Source: Spirochaetia bacterium
Lineage (GTDB): Bacteria; Spirochaetota; Spirochaetia; UBA9216
Length of the DNA stretch: 64,000 bases
Assembly: GCA_963677925.2 (NCBI GenBank)
Contig: CAXXYH010000004.1
Location: 320,001 to 384,000 of the forward strand
Reading direction: 5' to 3'
Positions 1 through 10,193 of the stretch are shown here, piece by piece; the stretch's first letter is position 1; the number at the start of each line of letters is the position of its first letter. The translations under genes and the position numbers were made by a program. The notes below the pieces were generated by a model. It saw only the letters and a list, made by a program, of their open reading frames with translations, ran no database searches and had not been told where the DNA came from.

Positions 1-1083
1 AATGAAGCCTCCCGCCTGCTTGTTTCAATGGTTGATGCAGATGAAATACTAAAAACCACAATGAACATCATCGTGGATGTTTTAAAGTTCGACCGGGCGC
101 TTCTCATGCTTATAGACAACAACAATGAGTATCTGGAATACATACACTCCACAGGCGCAAAGAAAGAAGAAGTCGATCTTAAACTGAAAAACTACCGCAT
201 ACCGCTGTCAAGAAAAGAAAATATCCTGATAAGAACTACACTTGACGGCAAACCGGTTCTTATAAAAAATGCAGTTAGGGCCGGCCTCAACCCGAACAAC
301 CTTATCATCCGCGAATTCAGTCCTAACTCTATAGCATTCTGTCCGCTGATAACCTCCAAGGGTGCAATCGGTATTCTTGCAGCCGACAGGATGGTTTCCG
401 ATAAGCTCATCACAAGGAAAGAACTCGAACACCTGTCCATCTTTGTAAACAACATGGCTGTGACCCTTCACAAGGTCCGTCAGGACGAAGAAATCGAACG
501 CAGCTATATCAATACAGTCAAAGCCCTCGTAAAGGCCATTGAAGAGAAGGATCCGTACACTAAGGGTCATTCCGAACGCGTGTCGCTTCTTGCAACCCGG
601 ATAGCTACAGCCATGGATCTGTCCAAGGAAGAAGTGGAATTCATCAACATCGGCAGCCTTCTCCATGATGTCGGGAAAATCGGAATTCCTGAATCAATTG
701 TAAGGAGCCCAAAAAAGCTCTCTGCTGCAGAATACAACATTATCAAATCTCACCCTGAAAAAGGCGCAGAAATTGTCAGCCCCATCAGGAGATTCAAAGA
801 TCATGTCTACCTGATTAAATACCATCATGAGCATTTTGACGACACAGGATACCCTGCAGGCCTTAAAGGCTATGAAATTCCCGTTGGAGCTCAGATTGTT
901 TCCATCGCAGACACCTATGATGCCATCACATCTTCAAGAGCATACAGAAAAGGCCTGCCAATGCAGGAGGCCGCTCTACGGATTGCGCAGGCCAGGGGAA
1001 GACAGTTCAGTCCTGAAGTAACAGACGCATTTCTGCGTGTTTATGAGACCGAAATACTCTCCGGACGCCTGAAATTAGGCTAG
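1..1083 (+). CDS. GAF + HD-GYP c-di-GMP phosphodiesterase (5' truncated by window edge)
   Basis: Frame is open from base 1. GAF-like region, then KDPYTKGHSERV, LLHDVGKIG, HHEHFDDTGYP and ADTYDAITSSRAYR motifs. Confidence 0.9.
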   Translation, partial: NEASRLLVSMVDADEILKTTMNIIVDVLKFDRALLMLIDNNNEYLEYIHSTGAKKEEVDLKLKNYRIPLSRKENILIRTTLDGKPVLIKNAVRAGLNPNNLIIREFSPNSIAFCPLITSKGAIGILAADRMVSDKLITRKELEHLSIFVNNMAVTLHKVRQDEEIERSYINTVKALVKAIEEKDPYTKGHSERVSLLATRIATAMDLSKEEVEFINIGSLLHDVGKIGIPESIVRSPKKLSAAEYNIIKSHPEKGAEIVSPIRRFKDHVYLIKYHHEHFDDTGYPAGLKGYEIPVGAQIVSIADTYDAITSSRAYRKGLPMQEAALRIAQARGRQFSPEVTDAFLRVYETEILSGRLKLG

Positions 1084-1207
1084 CCTTCTAGTACTTTTTC
1101 ATTATAACCAAAAATTAATAGAAATTCGAAAAAAACGACTTGCCACGTCCAAATTCATGTGATGAAATGATTATTACACAAAAATTAGTAAAAAAGAGGA
1201 CGTTGCC

Positions 1208-2086
1208 ATGAAATTAAACCTATCAAAGTTCTGTCAGACCCGTTTCAATGTAATGATGTTCAAAAAGTTCAACCCTTACCTGTGTTTCAGTTACATGCAG
1301 ACACTAGGAAAAATTTACTACGCGCTCAATAAAAAAGAGAGGGATCTAATCAAAACTAACATTCGGGATCTGCTTGAAGGTAGAGATGAACAATTCATCC
1401 GGAAGACAACTAAAGAGGCTTTCAGGGGTATTTTCACTCACTACTTTGAGAAAATGTTTTCAGCCTATCGTAACTATCCTGAAATAAAGAAATTCATGCA
1501 GCAGAAATTTACAATTGAAAACGAACACCTCATCCAGAATGCGCTTGCTGAAGGCAAGGGTGTTGTTCTTGTCACAGCACACTGGGGAGCAGTGGAATTT
1601 ATTCCCTGGCTTCTGGCTCTGAAAGGCTACCCCATCAGTGTTATTCTTGAATGCCAGACAGATCTCCTGATGGAATCTTTAAATGATAAAACCCGCTTTG
1701 TTGACGCGGAACTAATAACTGAAGACAACTGCAGAAATGTACTGTTTGAAGCCTTCGGATGCCTCAGCAGAAACAGGGTTCTCATGACAGAATGTGATGA
1801 AGTTGATAAATGGAGAAAAAGGAAAACCCAGACTATTAACCTCTTCGGTAAAACTCTTTATTTTGACAACACACTTGATGTTCTGGCAAGAAAGGCCGAC
1901 TGTCCGGTTATAGGAACCTTCCTAAAAAGAAACGGAAACGGAACTTATACACTGTTCTGTGAAGAAATTGAACGCGGAAGAGGGACAGCTAAGAACGCAC
2001 TTGAGATGTGGCAGAAATATGTTTCCGAGAATCCTGAACAGTGGTATCAGTGGAAAAAGTGGAACAAGATGAAGGCTGCCGTCTAA
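1208..2086 (+). CDS. Lysophospholipid / LpxL-HtrB-family acyltransferase
   Basis: GKGVVLVTAHWGAVE (HxxxxE) and NPEQWYQW C-terminal motif; SD AGAGGA upstream. Confidence 0.8.
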   Translation: MKLNLSKFCQTRFNVMMFKKFNPYLCFSYMQTLGKIYYALNKKERDLIKTNIRDLLEGRDEQFIRKTTKEAFRGIFTHYFEKMFSAYRNYPEIKKFMQQKFTIENEHLIQNALAEGKGVVLVTAHWGAVEFIPWLLALKGYPISVILECQTDLLMESLNDKTRFVDAELITEDNCRNVLFEAFGCLSRNRVLMTECDEVDKWRKRKTQTINLFGKTLYFDNTLDVLARKADCPVIGTFLKRNGNGTYTLFCEEIERGRGTAKNALEMWQKYVSENPEQWYQWKKWNKMKAAV

Positions 2087-2862
2087 TTGAGTTTTGTATC
2101 GGCAATCTTTTTTTCAATATTCTCCTGCAGCGTTTCGAAGATAAAGGAATGGATCCGGTTTTTAGTTGCCGGGTCTGTTCTTTTATCAAAAAGAAGAACA
2201 TAGATAATATTGTTACCTTCCGCACGGCGGCCGATAACAGGCCCTGAAACCCTTGCAAGCTTTCCTTTCAGTTTGACCTGCATATCAGAAAGAACGGTAT
2301 TCTGGGGAATATTCACATCATCGGTAGTAGAAAAAGCCATACCGACAGAACTGATATCTCTTATTATTCCGGAGCGCAGGCTTCCGTTAAAATTAAAATT
2401 ATATTCAGTATTTTTAAGTTCGCTGCTGTCGATTCGGAGGTACTTTCTACGGCCTTTTGCCTCATTTGCTTCAAGAGTCTTTAAAATAATTTTTTTGCTC
2501 TGCTCAAGCCCCAGTTTAAGAATGACGTACCCGCAGGGAATCATAAGATCCATCAGGTACTTTTCAGCCATTGATTTATCTTCATTATAGGTTACTACAC
2601 CAAGCATGGCTGAATTGTCATCACTTTCCATCATCTCTTTAATATATTCAAACCAGTCATTATCTTTAAGAGCTTCATCAATATTTACAAAGACAATGGG
2701 ATCCTGATATTCGGATATCAATTTCCTGAGTCTCTGATGATCGCGTACCTGATATACTGCATACTCATTTTCAACCAGCTCTTTAACCAGTTCCTGTTTT
2801 ATCACACTATGAGGATATAAAAAGAATACCACTTTGGAATCGAAAGTGTTGCTGCCGTTCAT
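2083..2862 (-). CDS. PilZ-domain c-di-GMP receptor with degenerate REC-like N-terminus
   Basis: RRKYLR (RxxxR) and DISSVG (DxSxxG). Start moved to ATG 2862 because of SD AGGAG. Confidence 0.8.
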   Translation of the reverse strand: MNGSNTFDSKVVFFLYPHSVIKQELVKELVENEYAVYQVRDHQRLRKLISEYQDPIVFVNIDEALKDNDWFEYIKEMMESDDNSAMLGVVTYNEDKSMAEKYLMDLMIPCGYVILKLGLEQSKKIILKTLEANEAKGRRKYLRIDSSELKNTEYNFNFNGSLRSGIIRDISSVGMAFSTTDDVNIPQNTVLSDMQVKLKGKLARVSGPVIGRRAEGNNIIYVLLFDKRTDPATKNRIHSFIFETLQENIEKKIADTKLN

Positions 2863-2943
2863 CAAGTCTCCTGAATTAAGATTAGGCCATGTTCCAATTT
2901 CAATCAAGCTGTAATTTTTCAATTTCTGTGCTATTTTTAACTG

Positions 2944-3498
2944 ATGAAATTAATTTCTTTCCTTGGAAACAAGGGTAAAAAATATGAAAAAACAAGGCAC
3001 AACCTGGCCTGGATTGTATCAGAAGATGTAAATAATCTTAATTCTGCGGTCTGGAATTCCAAATTCAATGCAGACTTCACCAGCTTAAAAAAGAACGGCA
3101 CAATTTATCTTTTAAAACCAATGACTCTAATGAATCGAAGCGGGCAAAGTATCGCCGCGGCTATGAATTTTTATAAACTGAAACCTTCTGATCTTGTCGT
3201 TGTTCATGACGATCTTGAACTGCCGTTCGGAACAGTCCAGCTTAGAAAAGGCGGCGGCACAGCAGGTCATAACGGATTAAAATCCATTGTCAGCCAGATC
3301 GGTGCTTCAGATTTCATCCGCTTCAGACTCGGCATTTCAAGACCGCCCTCCGGCTGGAACGTTTCAGATTTTGTACTGAGCAGGTTTTCACCAGAGGAAG
3401 AGGCTGAACTTGATGACTATGCAGCTGCTGCGGCCGCAGTAATCGACAGGCTTATCGACGGGAACTCTGTCGATGAATGTAAAATCAAACTCATTTAG
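2944..3498 (+). CDS. pth: Peptidyl-tRNA hydrolase
   Basis: LGNKG..YEKTRHNL, KPMTLMNRSG, VHDDLELP, GGTAGHNGLKSI motifs. Confidence 0.97.
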   Translation: MKLISFLGNKGKKYEKTRHNLAWIVSEDVNNLNSAVWNSKFNADFTSLKKNGTIYLLKPMTLMNRSGQSIAAAMNFYKLKPSDLVVVHDDLELPFGTVQLRKGGGTAGHNGLKSIVSQIGASDFIRFRLGISRPPSGWNVSDFVLSRFSPEEEAELDDYAAAAAAVIDRLIDGNSVDECKIKLI

Positions 3499-3544
3499 TT
3501 GAAAAGGCTATTATAATAGCATAGTCTTATATCGGAGATTATTG

Positions 3545-4096
3545 ATGTTCGTTGAAGCTGAAGTATGGAATGTAGCACACACAGATCAGGGATATGCAGT
3601 ACTGGTTAGACCGGTTGGAACAAAATCGGCTTCACCAATTTTTATTGGACAGCTTGAAGCCCAGTCCATTCTGGTCGGCATGAGCGGAATCCCGATGCCC
3701 AGACCTAATACTCATGATCTTATGATGACCGCACTTACTGAAACCGGTTGGACAATAGAGAAAATTGAAATAAGCGAACTTAAAGAGGGAATATTCTTTT
3801 CTTCTGTAAAGATGACAAACGGCGAACAGACGCTTGATCTGGACTCAAGACCCTCTGACAGCATAGCTCTGGCAGTAAGAGCAGGATGCCCAATTTTCAT
3901 ATCAGAAGAGCTTATTGATGAAACAGCCGTTTCACTTCATTTTATATCAGATAAACTTGAAACATCAGACTCGGAAACAGAAAACCTTAAACTTGAACTT
4001 GAAAAAGCACTTGATGAAGCGGTAAAGCTTGAACACTACGAGGATGCTGCTAAAATCAGAGACCAGATAAGAAAGATGGACGAAGATCTATTCTGA
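3545..4096 (+). CDS. Bifunctional nuclease (DUF151) with C-terminal UVR domain
   Basis: PIFIG..EA, RPNTHDL, DSRPSDSIALA; EHYEDAAKIRDQI UVR motif. Confidence 0.9.
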   Translation: MFVEAEVWNVAHTDQGYAVLVRPVGTKSASPIFIGQLEAQSILVGMSGIPMPRPNTHDLMMTALTETGWTIEKIEISELKEGIFFSSVKMTNGEQTLDLDSRPSDSIALAVRAGCPIFISEELIDETAVSLHFISDKLETSDSETENLKLELEKALDEAVKLEHYEDAAKIRDQIRKMDEDLF

Positions 4097-4115
4097 ATAA
4101 AAAAACAGGCCAAAC

Positions 4116-4144
4116 TTGACCAGAAAATTTTTAACATGTAAACT
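4116..4144 (+). promoter_or_regulatory. Sigma70-type promoter
   Basis: TTGACC-17 nt-TAAACT ending 8 nt before ATG 4153; no SD. Confidence 0.7.
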
Positions 4145-4152
4145 GTTTTCAA

Positions 4153-4797
4153 ATGGGCAAAATTAATCTTATCAGCGGCGATCAGCAGTTTTCAGAAATT
4201 TTGAAAAACAGAATCAGAAGATCTGGAGGGCTTCCCGTAAACCTTTTAGAAGAAACCGAAATTGACTCAAATATAGAGTCAGATGAAGGTGAATCACAGA
4301 TTCTATGGAATAAAAGATCATCTCTGTCGGCACGAAATGCTGTTTTAAGCTGTATAAACCGCTACGAACGCATTGACGAAGCTTTTATATGCTATCAGCC
4401 CGAAGAACTAAACCGGGCTTTTCATGAAATGTCCGCACCGGTTTACGATCTCCAGATCGACCGCTGGATACGGGGTTACGGATATCTTCTGAAGGAACTG
4501 CTGCATGTTTTTATCAAGCAGAAATCCGGCAGACTTTCACTGATACTTTCATCTGATGATTCCAGGCTTATGACCCCCCTTGAATCAGCAGTTTATTCCT
4601 ACCTGAGAACATTTATAAAAAACCTTTCATCATTCTACCAGGATGAACCTGTCTCAATACTCTGCTTCGAAACTGACAGCAGAAATACAGGAGAGTTTTT
4701 TGATTACATTTTCAGGATAATCGATGACGGAAAATACTCACCCGGAAAGGTATATAAATATTCTGAACGAAAAAGTCTTTTTGATTTTAAACGCTGA
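4153..4797 (+). CDS. Hypothetical protein, degenerate SDR/Rossmann-like
   Basis: Segments resemble short-chain dehydrogenase elements but no GxxxGxG or YxxxK motif. Confidence 0.45.
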   Translation: MGKINLISGDQQFSEILKNRIRRSGGLPVNLLEETEIDSNIESDEGESQILWNKRSSLSARNAVLSCINRYERIDEAFICYQPEELNRAFHEMSAPVYDLQIDRWIRGYGYLLKELLHVFIKQKSGRLSLILSSDDSRLMTPLESAVYSYLRTFIKNLSSFYQDEPVSILCFETDSRNTGEFFDYIFRIIDDGKYSPGKVYKYSERKSLFDFKR

Positions 4798-4803
4798 GAT
4801 TTG

Positions 4804-4832
4804 TTGAAATTCCACTCCAATTAGGATATTGT
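4804..4832 (+). promoter_or_regulatory. Sigma70-type promoter
   Basis: TTGAAA-17 nt-TATTGT ending 7 nt before ATG 4840; no SD. Confidence 0.6.
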
Positions 4833-4839
4833 TCTCTCT

Positions 4840-6069
4840 ATGAAAATATGGTTGAAGCTTCTAATTGGTATCGTTGCAGGCATTCTGCTGGGCATTTTTG
4901 TTCCTGATTCAAAAATTGATATTTTATTTCTTGAAAAGTTTTCTTCTCTCGCCGTAAATCTCGGCAGATACATATTGTTCCCGCTCATTCTTTTCAGCGT
5001 AATAATGGGAATTTATCATCTTAATCAAAACAAGAAGGTTCTAAAACTTTTTATAAGAACAATTATTTATATGCTAATCGCAACAGCCTCACTGGCGGCA
5101 ATCGGGACGGCATCTGTACTGGTGCTCTCACCGGAAAGAATACCTATTTTCATTGAAGAGAGCTCCAGAATAAGCCTTCCCGGATTATTTGAAACTCTGA
5201 TGACAATATTTCCGAAGAACTTTTTCAGAGCCCTGTTCATTGACGGAAACCAGCTTCTGCCGGTTTTTATAATGGCGGTACTAATCGGATTCAATCTCAA
5301 CTTTGACAAAGTAGTAACACGCACCGCAGTTCAGGTTTTCGACTCACTGAAATCTGTGTTCTATCACATCAACTCATTTATTATTGAGCTGCTTGGATTA
5401 ATCATCATTCCTTCAGTCTGGTATATAACTGCACAGATTTCAAGAACCGCAGAAATTGCTCCGTTCACACAGATGCTTCTTGCCATTCTCATTGATATCA
5501 TTTTTATAATATTTGTACTTTACCCGGTTATAATCTACCTGCTGACAGGCAGAAAAAACCCTTACCGGTACATTTATGCAGCACTTGCCCCATCCCTCGC
5601 TGCATTATCAACAGGCGACAGTCTTTTCTGTCTGGGACTTCAAATTAAAAACAGCCGTGAAAATATGGGTTCAACCCCTGATGCCGGATCCGTTAACCTT
5701 CCCTTTCTTGCCGTTTTCGGTAAGGCCGGAACTGCAATGATCACCGGCATCTCCTTTATAGTAATTTTAAAATCTTACTCCAGTCTCGGGCTTAATCTTT
5801 CAGGTGTCATCTGGGTGATTGCTTTTTCATTTCTTTCATCGTTTATAATCAGCCCCTTCCCTGGAAGCGGAGTTTTTGTTGCTGTATCAATGCTATGTAC
5901 TATTTACGGAAGAGGTCTTGAAGAAGGCTATCTGATTTTAAAACCGGTCATTCCGGTTCTCCTCAGTGTCAGCGTCATGCTTGATGCAATGACAAACTCA
6001 CTGATATCAATGCTGTCCTCCAAAAAGACCGGACTGCATGATGATATTCCAATCAGCAATTTCAGCTGA
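4840..6069 (+). CDS. Dicarboxylate/amino acid:cation symporter (GltP/DctA family)
   Basis: 409 aa polytopic membrane protein with family-like layout (PKNFFRAL, ALSTGDS, GKAGTAM). Confidence 0.75.
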   Translation: MKIWLKLLIGIVAGILLGIFVPDSKIDILFLEKFSSLAVNLGRYILFPLILFSVIMGIYHLNQNKKVLKLFIRTIIYMLIATASLAAIGTASVLVLSPERIPIFIEESSRISLPGLFETLMTIFPKNFFRALFIDGNQLLPVFIMAVLIGFNLNFDKVVTRTAVQVFDSLKSVFYHINSFIIELLGLIIIPSVWYITAQISRTAEIAPFTQMLLAILIDIIFIIFVLYPVIIYLLTGRKNPYRYIYAALAPSLAALSTGDSLFCLGLQIKNSRENMGSTPDAGSVNLPFLAVFGKAGTAMITGISFIVILKSYSSLGLNLSGVIWVIAFSFLSSFIISPFPGSGVFVAVSMLCTIYGRGLEEGYLILKPVIPVLLSVSVMLDAMTNSLISMLSSKKTGLHDDIPISNFS

Positions 6070-6080
6070 ATATTTTCTGC

Positions 6081-6779
6081 TTAAAGATTAAAGCGGAACC
6101 CGATTTCCAGATTGATTTTTAACTGGTCATAAAACGCGGTTCCGCTGCCGTCCCACAGATTGTAGAAAGGCAGATCGGTTCCTGCTTTAATATTCAGAAT
6201 ATATGAATCCGAAAAATTCCAGTTAAAAAATCCGCCGGTATAGAGGCTTAAAAATCTGGCTTTTGCAAAATAATACTGTCTTACAAGCGCTACATCATCT
6301 CCGGCATTATCGTAGCCAATCAGGGGCAGTCTGAACAGAAGCGAGGGAGCGCCTGTTACCCCCAGTTCAAACTCTTCAGAGAGCGGGAAGATAACACCTG
6401 CTTCCGGTCTTATATCGATAGAAAGTATTTCAATTCGGTCTGCGTCTTCCCGGGTTGCAGGAACCGGTCGCGAAACATCATCACTGAAAATAACTGTATA
6501 CGGAAAATAGAATCTGATACCGGGATCAAGATAGAAAAGATCGCCTATCCTCATAGGGACCGAAATACCGGCCGGATAAATGATAAATGGCGATGCTGCC
6601 GAACTGATATTGGCGTCAGTTTCAGAATTAAATACAAAGAAACCCGCACCGGTTACTGTTATTCCTATAATATCAAAGCCGGGTAGAATTTCAGCCTCGG
6701 CAAATATTACCCCTGAAGGAAGTATCAGGAAAAAAAGGAGAATAAACAAAAACAAAATTTTTGGGGTTCGGTTTTTCAT
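6081..6779 (-). CDS. Putative outer-membrane beta-barrel protein
   Basis: Signal peptide MKNRTPKILFLF..., alternating amphipathic strands, C-terminal IGFRFNL. Confidence 0.55.
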   Translation of the reverse strand: MKNRTPKILFLFILLFFLILPSGVIFAEAEILPGFDIIGITVTGAGFFVFNSETDANISSAASPFIIYPAGISVPMRIGDLFYLDPGIRFYFPYTVIFSDDVSRPVPATREDADRIEILSIDIRPEAGVIFPLSEEFELGVTGAPSLLFRLPLIGYDNAGDDVALVRQYYFAKARFLSLYTGGFFNWNFSDSYILNIKAGTDLPFYNLWDGSGTAFYDQLKINLEIGFRFNL

Positions 6780-6783
6780 ATCT

Positions 6784-7968
6784 TCAGAATATATCACCAA
6801 AAGCAAGCGAGATCAGCCCGGCTCTTCCAATCTCGGGGAAACGGAATTCTTCCCAGGACAGCAGATAGTTACTGCCGTCCGACCATATTCCTGTATACCG
6901 GAAATCTTCAGGAAGAACCGGAAGCTTAATGATCCTGAGTTCATCTCCGCAGACAATAATCTTATTACTGTAAAGGATGTTCCATCTGCCCTCAGCGTAG
7001 CAGGCTTCCAGAACAAGCGGAGAACGGTATGCGTTTCGTCCATCGTCTGACCGGCTTATAACCGTAACCGGAGAAAGGTGATCCTCTAAACCGGAGAGAC
7101 CGGCACTCTCAGAATTCATGTTCAGATAAATAATCCCCGCATCTCTGATTTCATCACCTAGAAGGCCCTCACCTGCCGCCCTCCGGAATCCCCGAAGAGC
7201 AAAGGGCGTTGACTCAATATCTACAGGATTATACTTTGCTCTGAAATAAGATTCATCAATTTCATTAATAGCCTTACCCTCATTATCATGCTGAAGGTAA
7301 CGGAACAGGGTCTTCTTTTCATCTGAATATTTCCACGCAATAAAAAATCCTTCACTGGTTCTGATAATCTCTACAGGTTCCCAGCCTTCATCCATACCGT
7401 TTACGGCAATATCAATAAATTCAAAACGATCCGCACCGGATCCGGCAGCACTGTAGCGAACAAGCTGAGCAGAAGGTTTCCTGACGCCTGCATTATCTGA
7501 AAAGATATCATCCCCGAAGAAATGAAAGAGAATATCAGAACCGCTTCCAAGCAGGCTTCCCAGGCATCTATACTCTGCCTGGCGCATGAATGAAGTTTCG
7601 TTCCCGGATTTTATTTCAGGAAATATCGGAAGACCGTTTTCAAAGAAGATTACCTTTGGCAGAGCCCCGTTTATTCCGGCAACCACACCCTTTGTGCCGG
7701 ATCTAAAGTCTGCAATATGCAGCTGATCGGTCCAGGCTATGAAATCTTTAGCCGGAACAAGGCTGAGAATTCTTCCAGCATCAGGATTATCCCGCATCGG
7801 AACAGGAAGCAGCTGTCCTGAGTCGTTTAAATAAAAAATACCGACTTTTTCAGTGCTGCTTCGATAATCAAATACAGAAACATCCGCACTAACAGCTCCT
7901 GAAAGAAATATTAAAAAAAGAAGTATACAGCAGGAGACCGGAGAGAGTAATTTGCTTTTTATTATCAT
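6784..7968 (-). CDS. Hypothetical secreted protein
   Basis: 394 aa ORF with signal peptide (AVSA), tightly packed in an operon. Confidence 0.6.
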   Translation of the reverse strand: MIIKSKLLSPVSCCILLFLIFLSGAVSADVSVFDYRSSTEKVGIFYLNDSGQLLPVPMRDNPDAGRILSLVPAKDFIAWTDQLHIADFRSGTKGVVAGINGALPKVIFFENGLPIFPEIKSGNETSFMRQAEYRCLGSLLGSGSDILFHFFGDDIFSDNAGVRKPSAQLVRYSAAGSGADRFEFIDIAVNGMDEGWEPVEIIRTSEGFFIAWKYSDEKKTLFRYLQHDNEGKAINEIDESYFRAKYNPVDIESTPFALRGFRRAAGEGLLGDEIRDAGIIYLNMNSESAGLSGLEDHLSPVTVISRSDDGRNAYRSPLVLEACYAEGRWNILYSNKIIVCGDELRIIKLPVLPEDFRYTGIWSDGSNYLLSWEEFRFPEIGRAGLISLAFGDIF

Positions 7969-7971
7969 ATG

Positions 7972-8661
7972 TCAGTCAAGAACAACGGTTTCAACCATAT
8001 ATCTAATACTTGGGCCGTTACCGTCGAGAACCTCTTTTTCAACAACAAAAACTAGTGATTTTTCATCAGGAGCGAACATTACCTGTTTAATCCTGTATTT
8101 CATCACATCTTTTCTTTTGTAATTGGGAAGACCTATTGTATAGGTCTTAGTATTGGTGTTTTTATCGGTAACTGAAAGGTTGATATAAAATGAAGCGCTG
8201 GGCTCCTTCTCTGTTCCAAACCTCTGTTGAATCAGAGCGACCTGATACTTACTGTTTTTAGTAAAGTCACGGAACTCCAGCTTATCTTTCGGTTCGTTGC
8301 CGTTTATAAGCAGATATACAATTCTGCCTTTGTTCAAATGATTAATACTGAACTTCTCAACCGCATCGGCGGACTCTTTCATAAGATTAAACAAGGCCCC
8401 GCTGCCGTCCTGTCCGGGCTGTGTACTTACAGAGTATTCCTTTTCCATAAGTCCGTTTTCAGCGTACCTGTTGGCTTTTACTGCTACTGTATGAAGTTCT
8501 GCATAGGGTTTAGTGGTGCTGCTGTCTATACCGTAAAGACCGAACATGAAATACTGTGAATCATCTGAAAATCCGAGATTTACGTAATTAGCCACATCAC
8601 CGGCAAACAATGAAAATGTACAAAGCAGCATCAGGATTATCATTAAATATTTCTTGTTCAT
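7972..8661 (-). CDS. DUF2259-family secreted protein
   Basis: FAGDVA..VNLGFSDDSQYFMFG; SD GGAGG before ATG 8661. Confidence 0.75.
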   Translation of the reverse strand: MNKKYLMIILMLLCTFSLFAGDVANYVNLGFSDDSQYFMFGLYGIDSSTTKPYAELHTVAVKANRYAENGLMEKEYSVSTQPGQDGSGALFNLMKESADAVEKFSINHLNKGRIVYLLINGNEPKDKLEFRDFTKNSKYQVALIQQRFGTEKEPSASFYINLSVTDKNTNTKTYTIGLPNYKRKDVMKYRIKQVMFAPDEKSLVFVVEKEVLDGNGPSIRYMVETVVLD

Positions 8662-8741
8662 TAGTAGCCTCCATTTTTGAATATCGTACATTTTTACTCT
8701 TTTCTATAGTAAAAATATAAAGTCATATTTATAATATAGAT

Positions 8742-9506
8742 ATGACTTTACGGCTTCGAAACACTTCCATGCTGCTGCTTTCTGTGCTGATCTCTCTGAT
8801 GACGGCTTCTTTCATCATTCTGTTTGCAAGAAGTGCCGGAAGATCGGAGTCTGTAAACCTTCTGCAGTTTTTTTCAGTTCTAGCGACGATGGCGTTCGCA
8901 ACTGCAGCATGCTTTGTTATATTTGTATCCTTTAGAAATACCGCATCAGCAGAGATTTTCTTTTTCTTTCTCTTTCTGTGCAGTTTCTGCTTTGATATGT
9001 TCAAAGAAGGCCTGATTATAATCAACGACATCAGTCTGCCCTTCTCCTACAGTATGTTCATGACCAGAGTAGTCTATTTCGGAAGATTTTTCGGTATTGT
9101 TGCACTTTTCTGCAGCGGACTGTTTTCTACAGGATTGGAATACCAGAGAATGAGCATGATGTTTCTAATCAGTGTTATAATTGCCCTTGGCCTTGTGTCT
9201 CTTCTGCCTGTTGACTTGTCAAAAAATATTCCCGGTGGAACAAAAGAACTGGGAAGCTTCCTTGAAATTTATATTGTTCTGATTCTGCTTCAGCTGATTT
9301 CAGTAATTAACTTCATAATTGCAAGCAATAAAAATGAAAATACAGACTACCTGTTTCTTGCCGGCGGCCTTGTTCTTACAGTTGCCGGAAGGGAGCTTTT
9401 ATTTCTTCTGCCCGGATTAGTTGCTGCGTCGGCCGGATTTATCCTGCTCGCTTCAGGAACAGTTATATTCGGACTTAAAACGCACAGAATTTATCTTTGG
9501 GAATGA
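8742..9506 (+). CDS. Hypothetical multi-pass (about 7 TM) membrane protein
   Basis: Highly hydrophobic 254 aa ORF; TATAAT 6 nt upstream of ATG. Confidence 0.65.
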   Translation: MTLRLRNTSMLLLSVLISLMTASFIILFARSAGRSESVNLLQFFSVLATMAFATAACFVIFVSFRNTASAEIFFFFLFLCSFCFDMFKEGLIIINDISLPFSYSMFMTRVVYFGRFFGIVALFCSGLFSTGLEYQRMSMMFLISVIIALGLVSLLPVDLSKNIPGGTKELGSFLEIYIVLILLQLISVINFIIASNKNENTDYLFLAGGLVLTVAGRELLFLLPGLVAASAGFILLASGTVIFGLKTHRIYLWE

Positions 9507-9510
9507 TCCT

Positions 9511-10140
9511 CTAGAGAAGAAATGCGGCAGCCAGGCCGGTGCCGAGCGGAATCATGAGGTTATCCAGATCCTTGATTGGAACCAGCTCCAGAACCGTTGA
9601 AATACCCGCTATAAGCAGAGATACATATAAGTCAGAAGTTATTACCAGTGTCACTGCAAAAACAACGCTGAAGCACGACAGAGAGCCCTCAAGAGTCTTT
9701 CCGCGGAAGCCTGGCAGTTTTACACGGCCGAAGGTCTTACCGCCGAGGCTGGCGGCACTGTCACCGAAAGCAAGTGCATAGATAGCAATTGAAGCTGCAG
9801 GAAGAGGAAAAAGAATAAGGGCAAGCATGGTACCGACAGCCATTGTTACCGGACCGCCGACAAAGCCGTCCTTATCCCTTGTTCTTGCCGCACGCATCGT
9901 AATCCCGGAAATCAAAATCACCCTTTTACCTTTAATTCTCATGTATTCCGACCAGCAGTAAACAACTACAACGGCGGCAAGGAGAATTTGGGTTATAAAA
10001 AGATTAATGCCGGCCAGCAGCGGTACGAATGCCGCAAAAAGGTGTATAACCTTCCTGAAAACTTCTGTCTTTAATTCTGATGATATATATTGCAGAATTC
10101 TTTTCCCTGTTAAATTTTCGGTGAATCTGATGTTACTCAA
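9511..10140 (-). CDS. CTP-dependent diacylglycerol/polyprenol kinase (SEC59/DGK1/VTE5 family)
   Basis: RKVIH, LAFGDSAASLGG..FG and KTLEGSL, DNLMIP motifs. Confidence 0.85.
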   Translation of the reverse strand: MSNIRFTENLTGKRILQYISSELKTEVFRKVIHLFAAFVPLLAGINLFITQILLAAVVVVYCWSEYMRIKGKRVILISGITMRAARTRDKDGFVGGPVTMAVGTMLALILFPLPAASIAIYALAFGDSAASLGGKTFGRVKLPGFRGKTLEGSLSCFSVVFAVTLVITSDLYVSLLIAGISTVLELVPIKDLDNLMIPLGTGLAAAFLL

Positions 10141-10177
10141 TTCCGGTACTCCAGTATATTACTTTCATTGATACTTT

Positions 10178-10193
10178 TGCAAATTCCATGCCA
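10178..10193 (-). promoter_or_regulatory. Sigma54 (-24/-12) promoter
   Basis: Minus strand TGGCATGGAATTTGCA = GG-N10-GC with near-consensus flanks, 38 nt upstream of the start codon at 10140. Confidence 0.8.
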
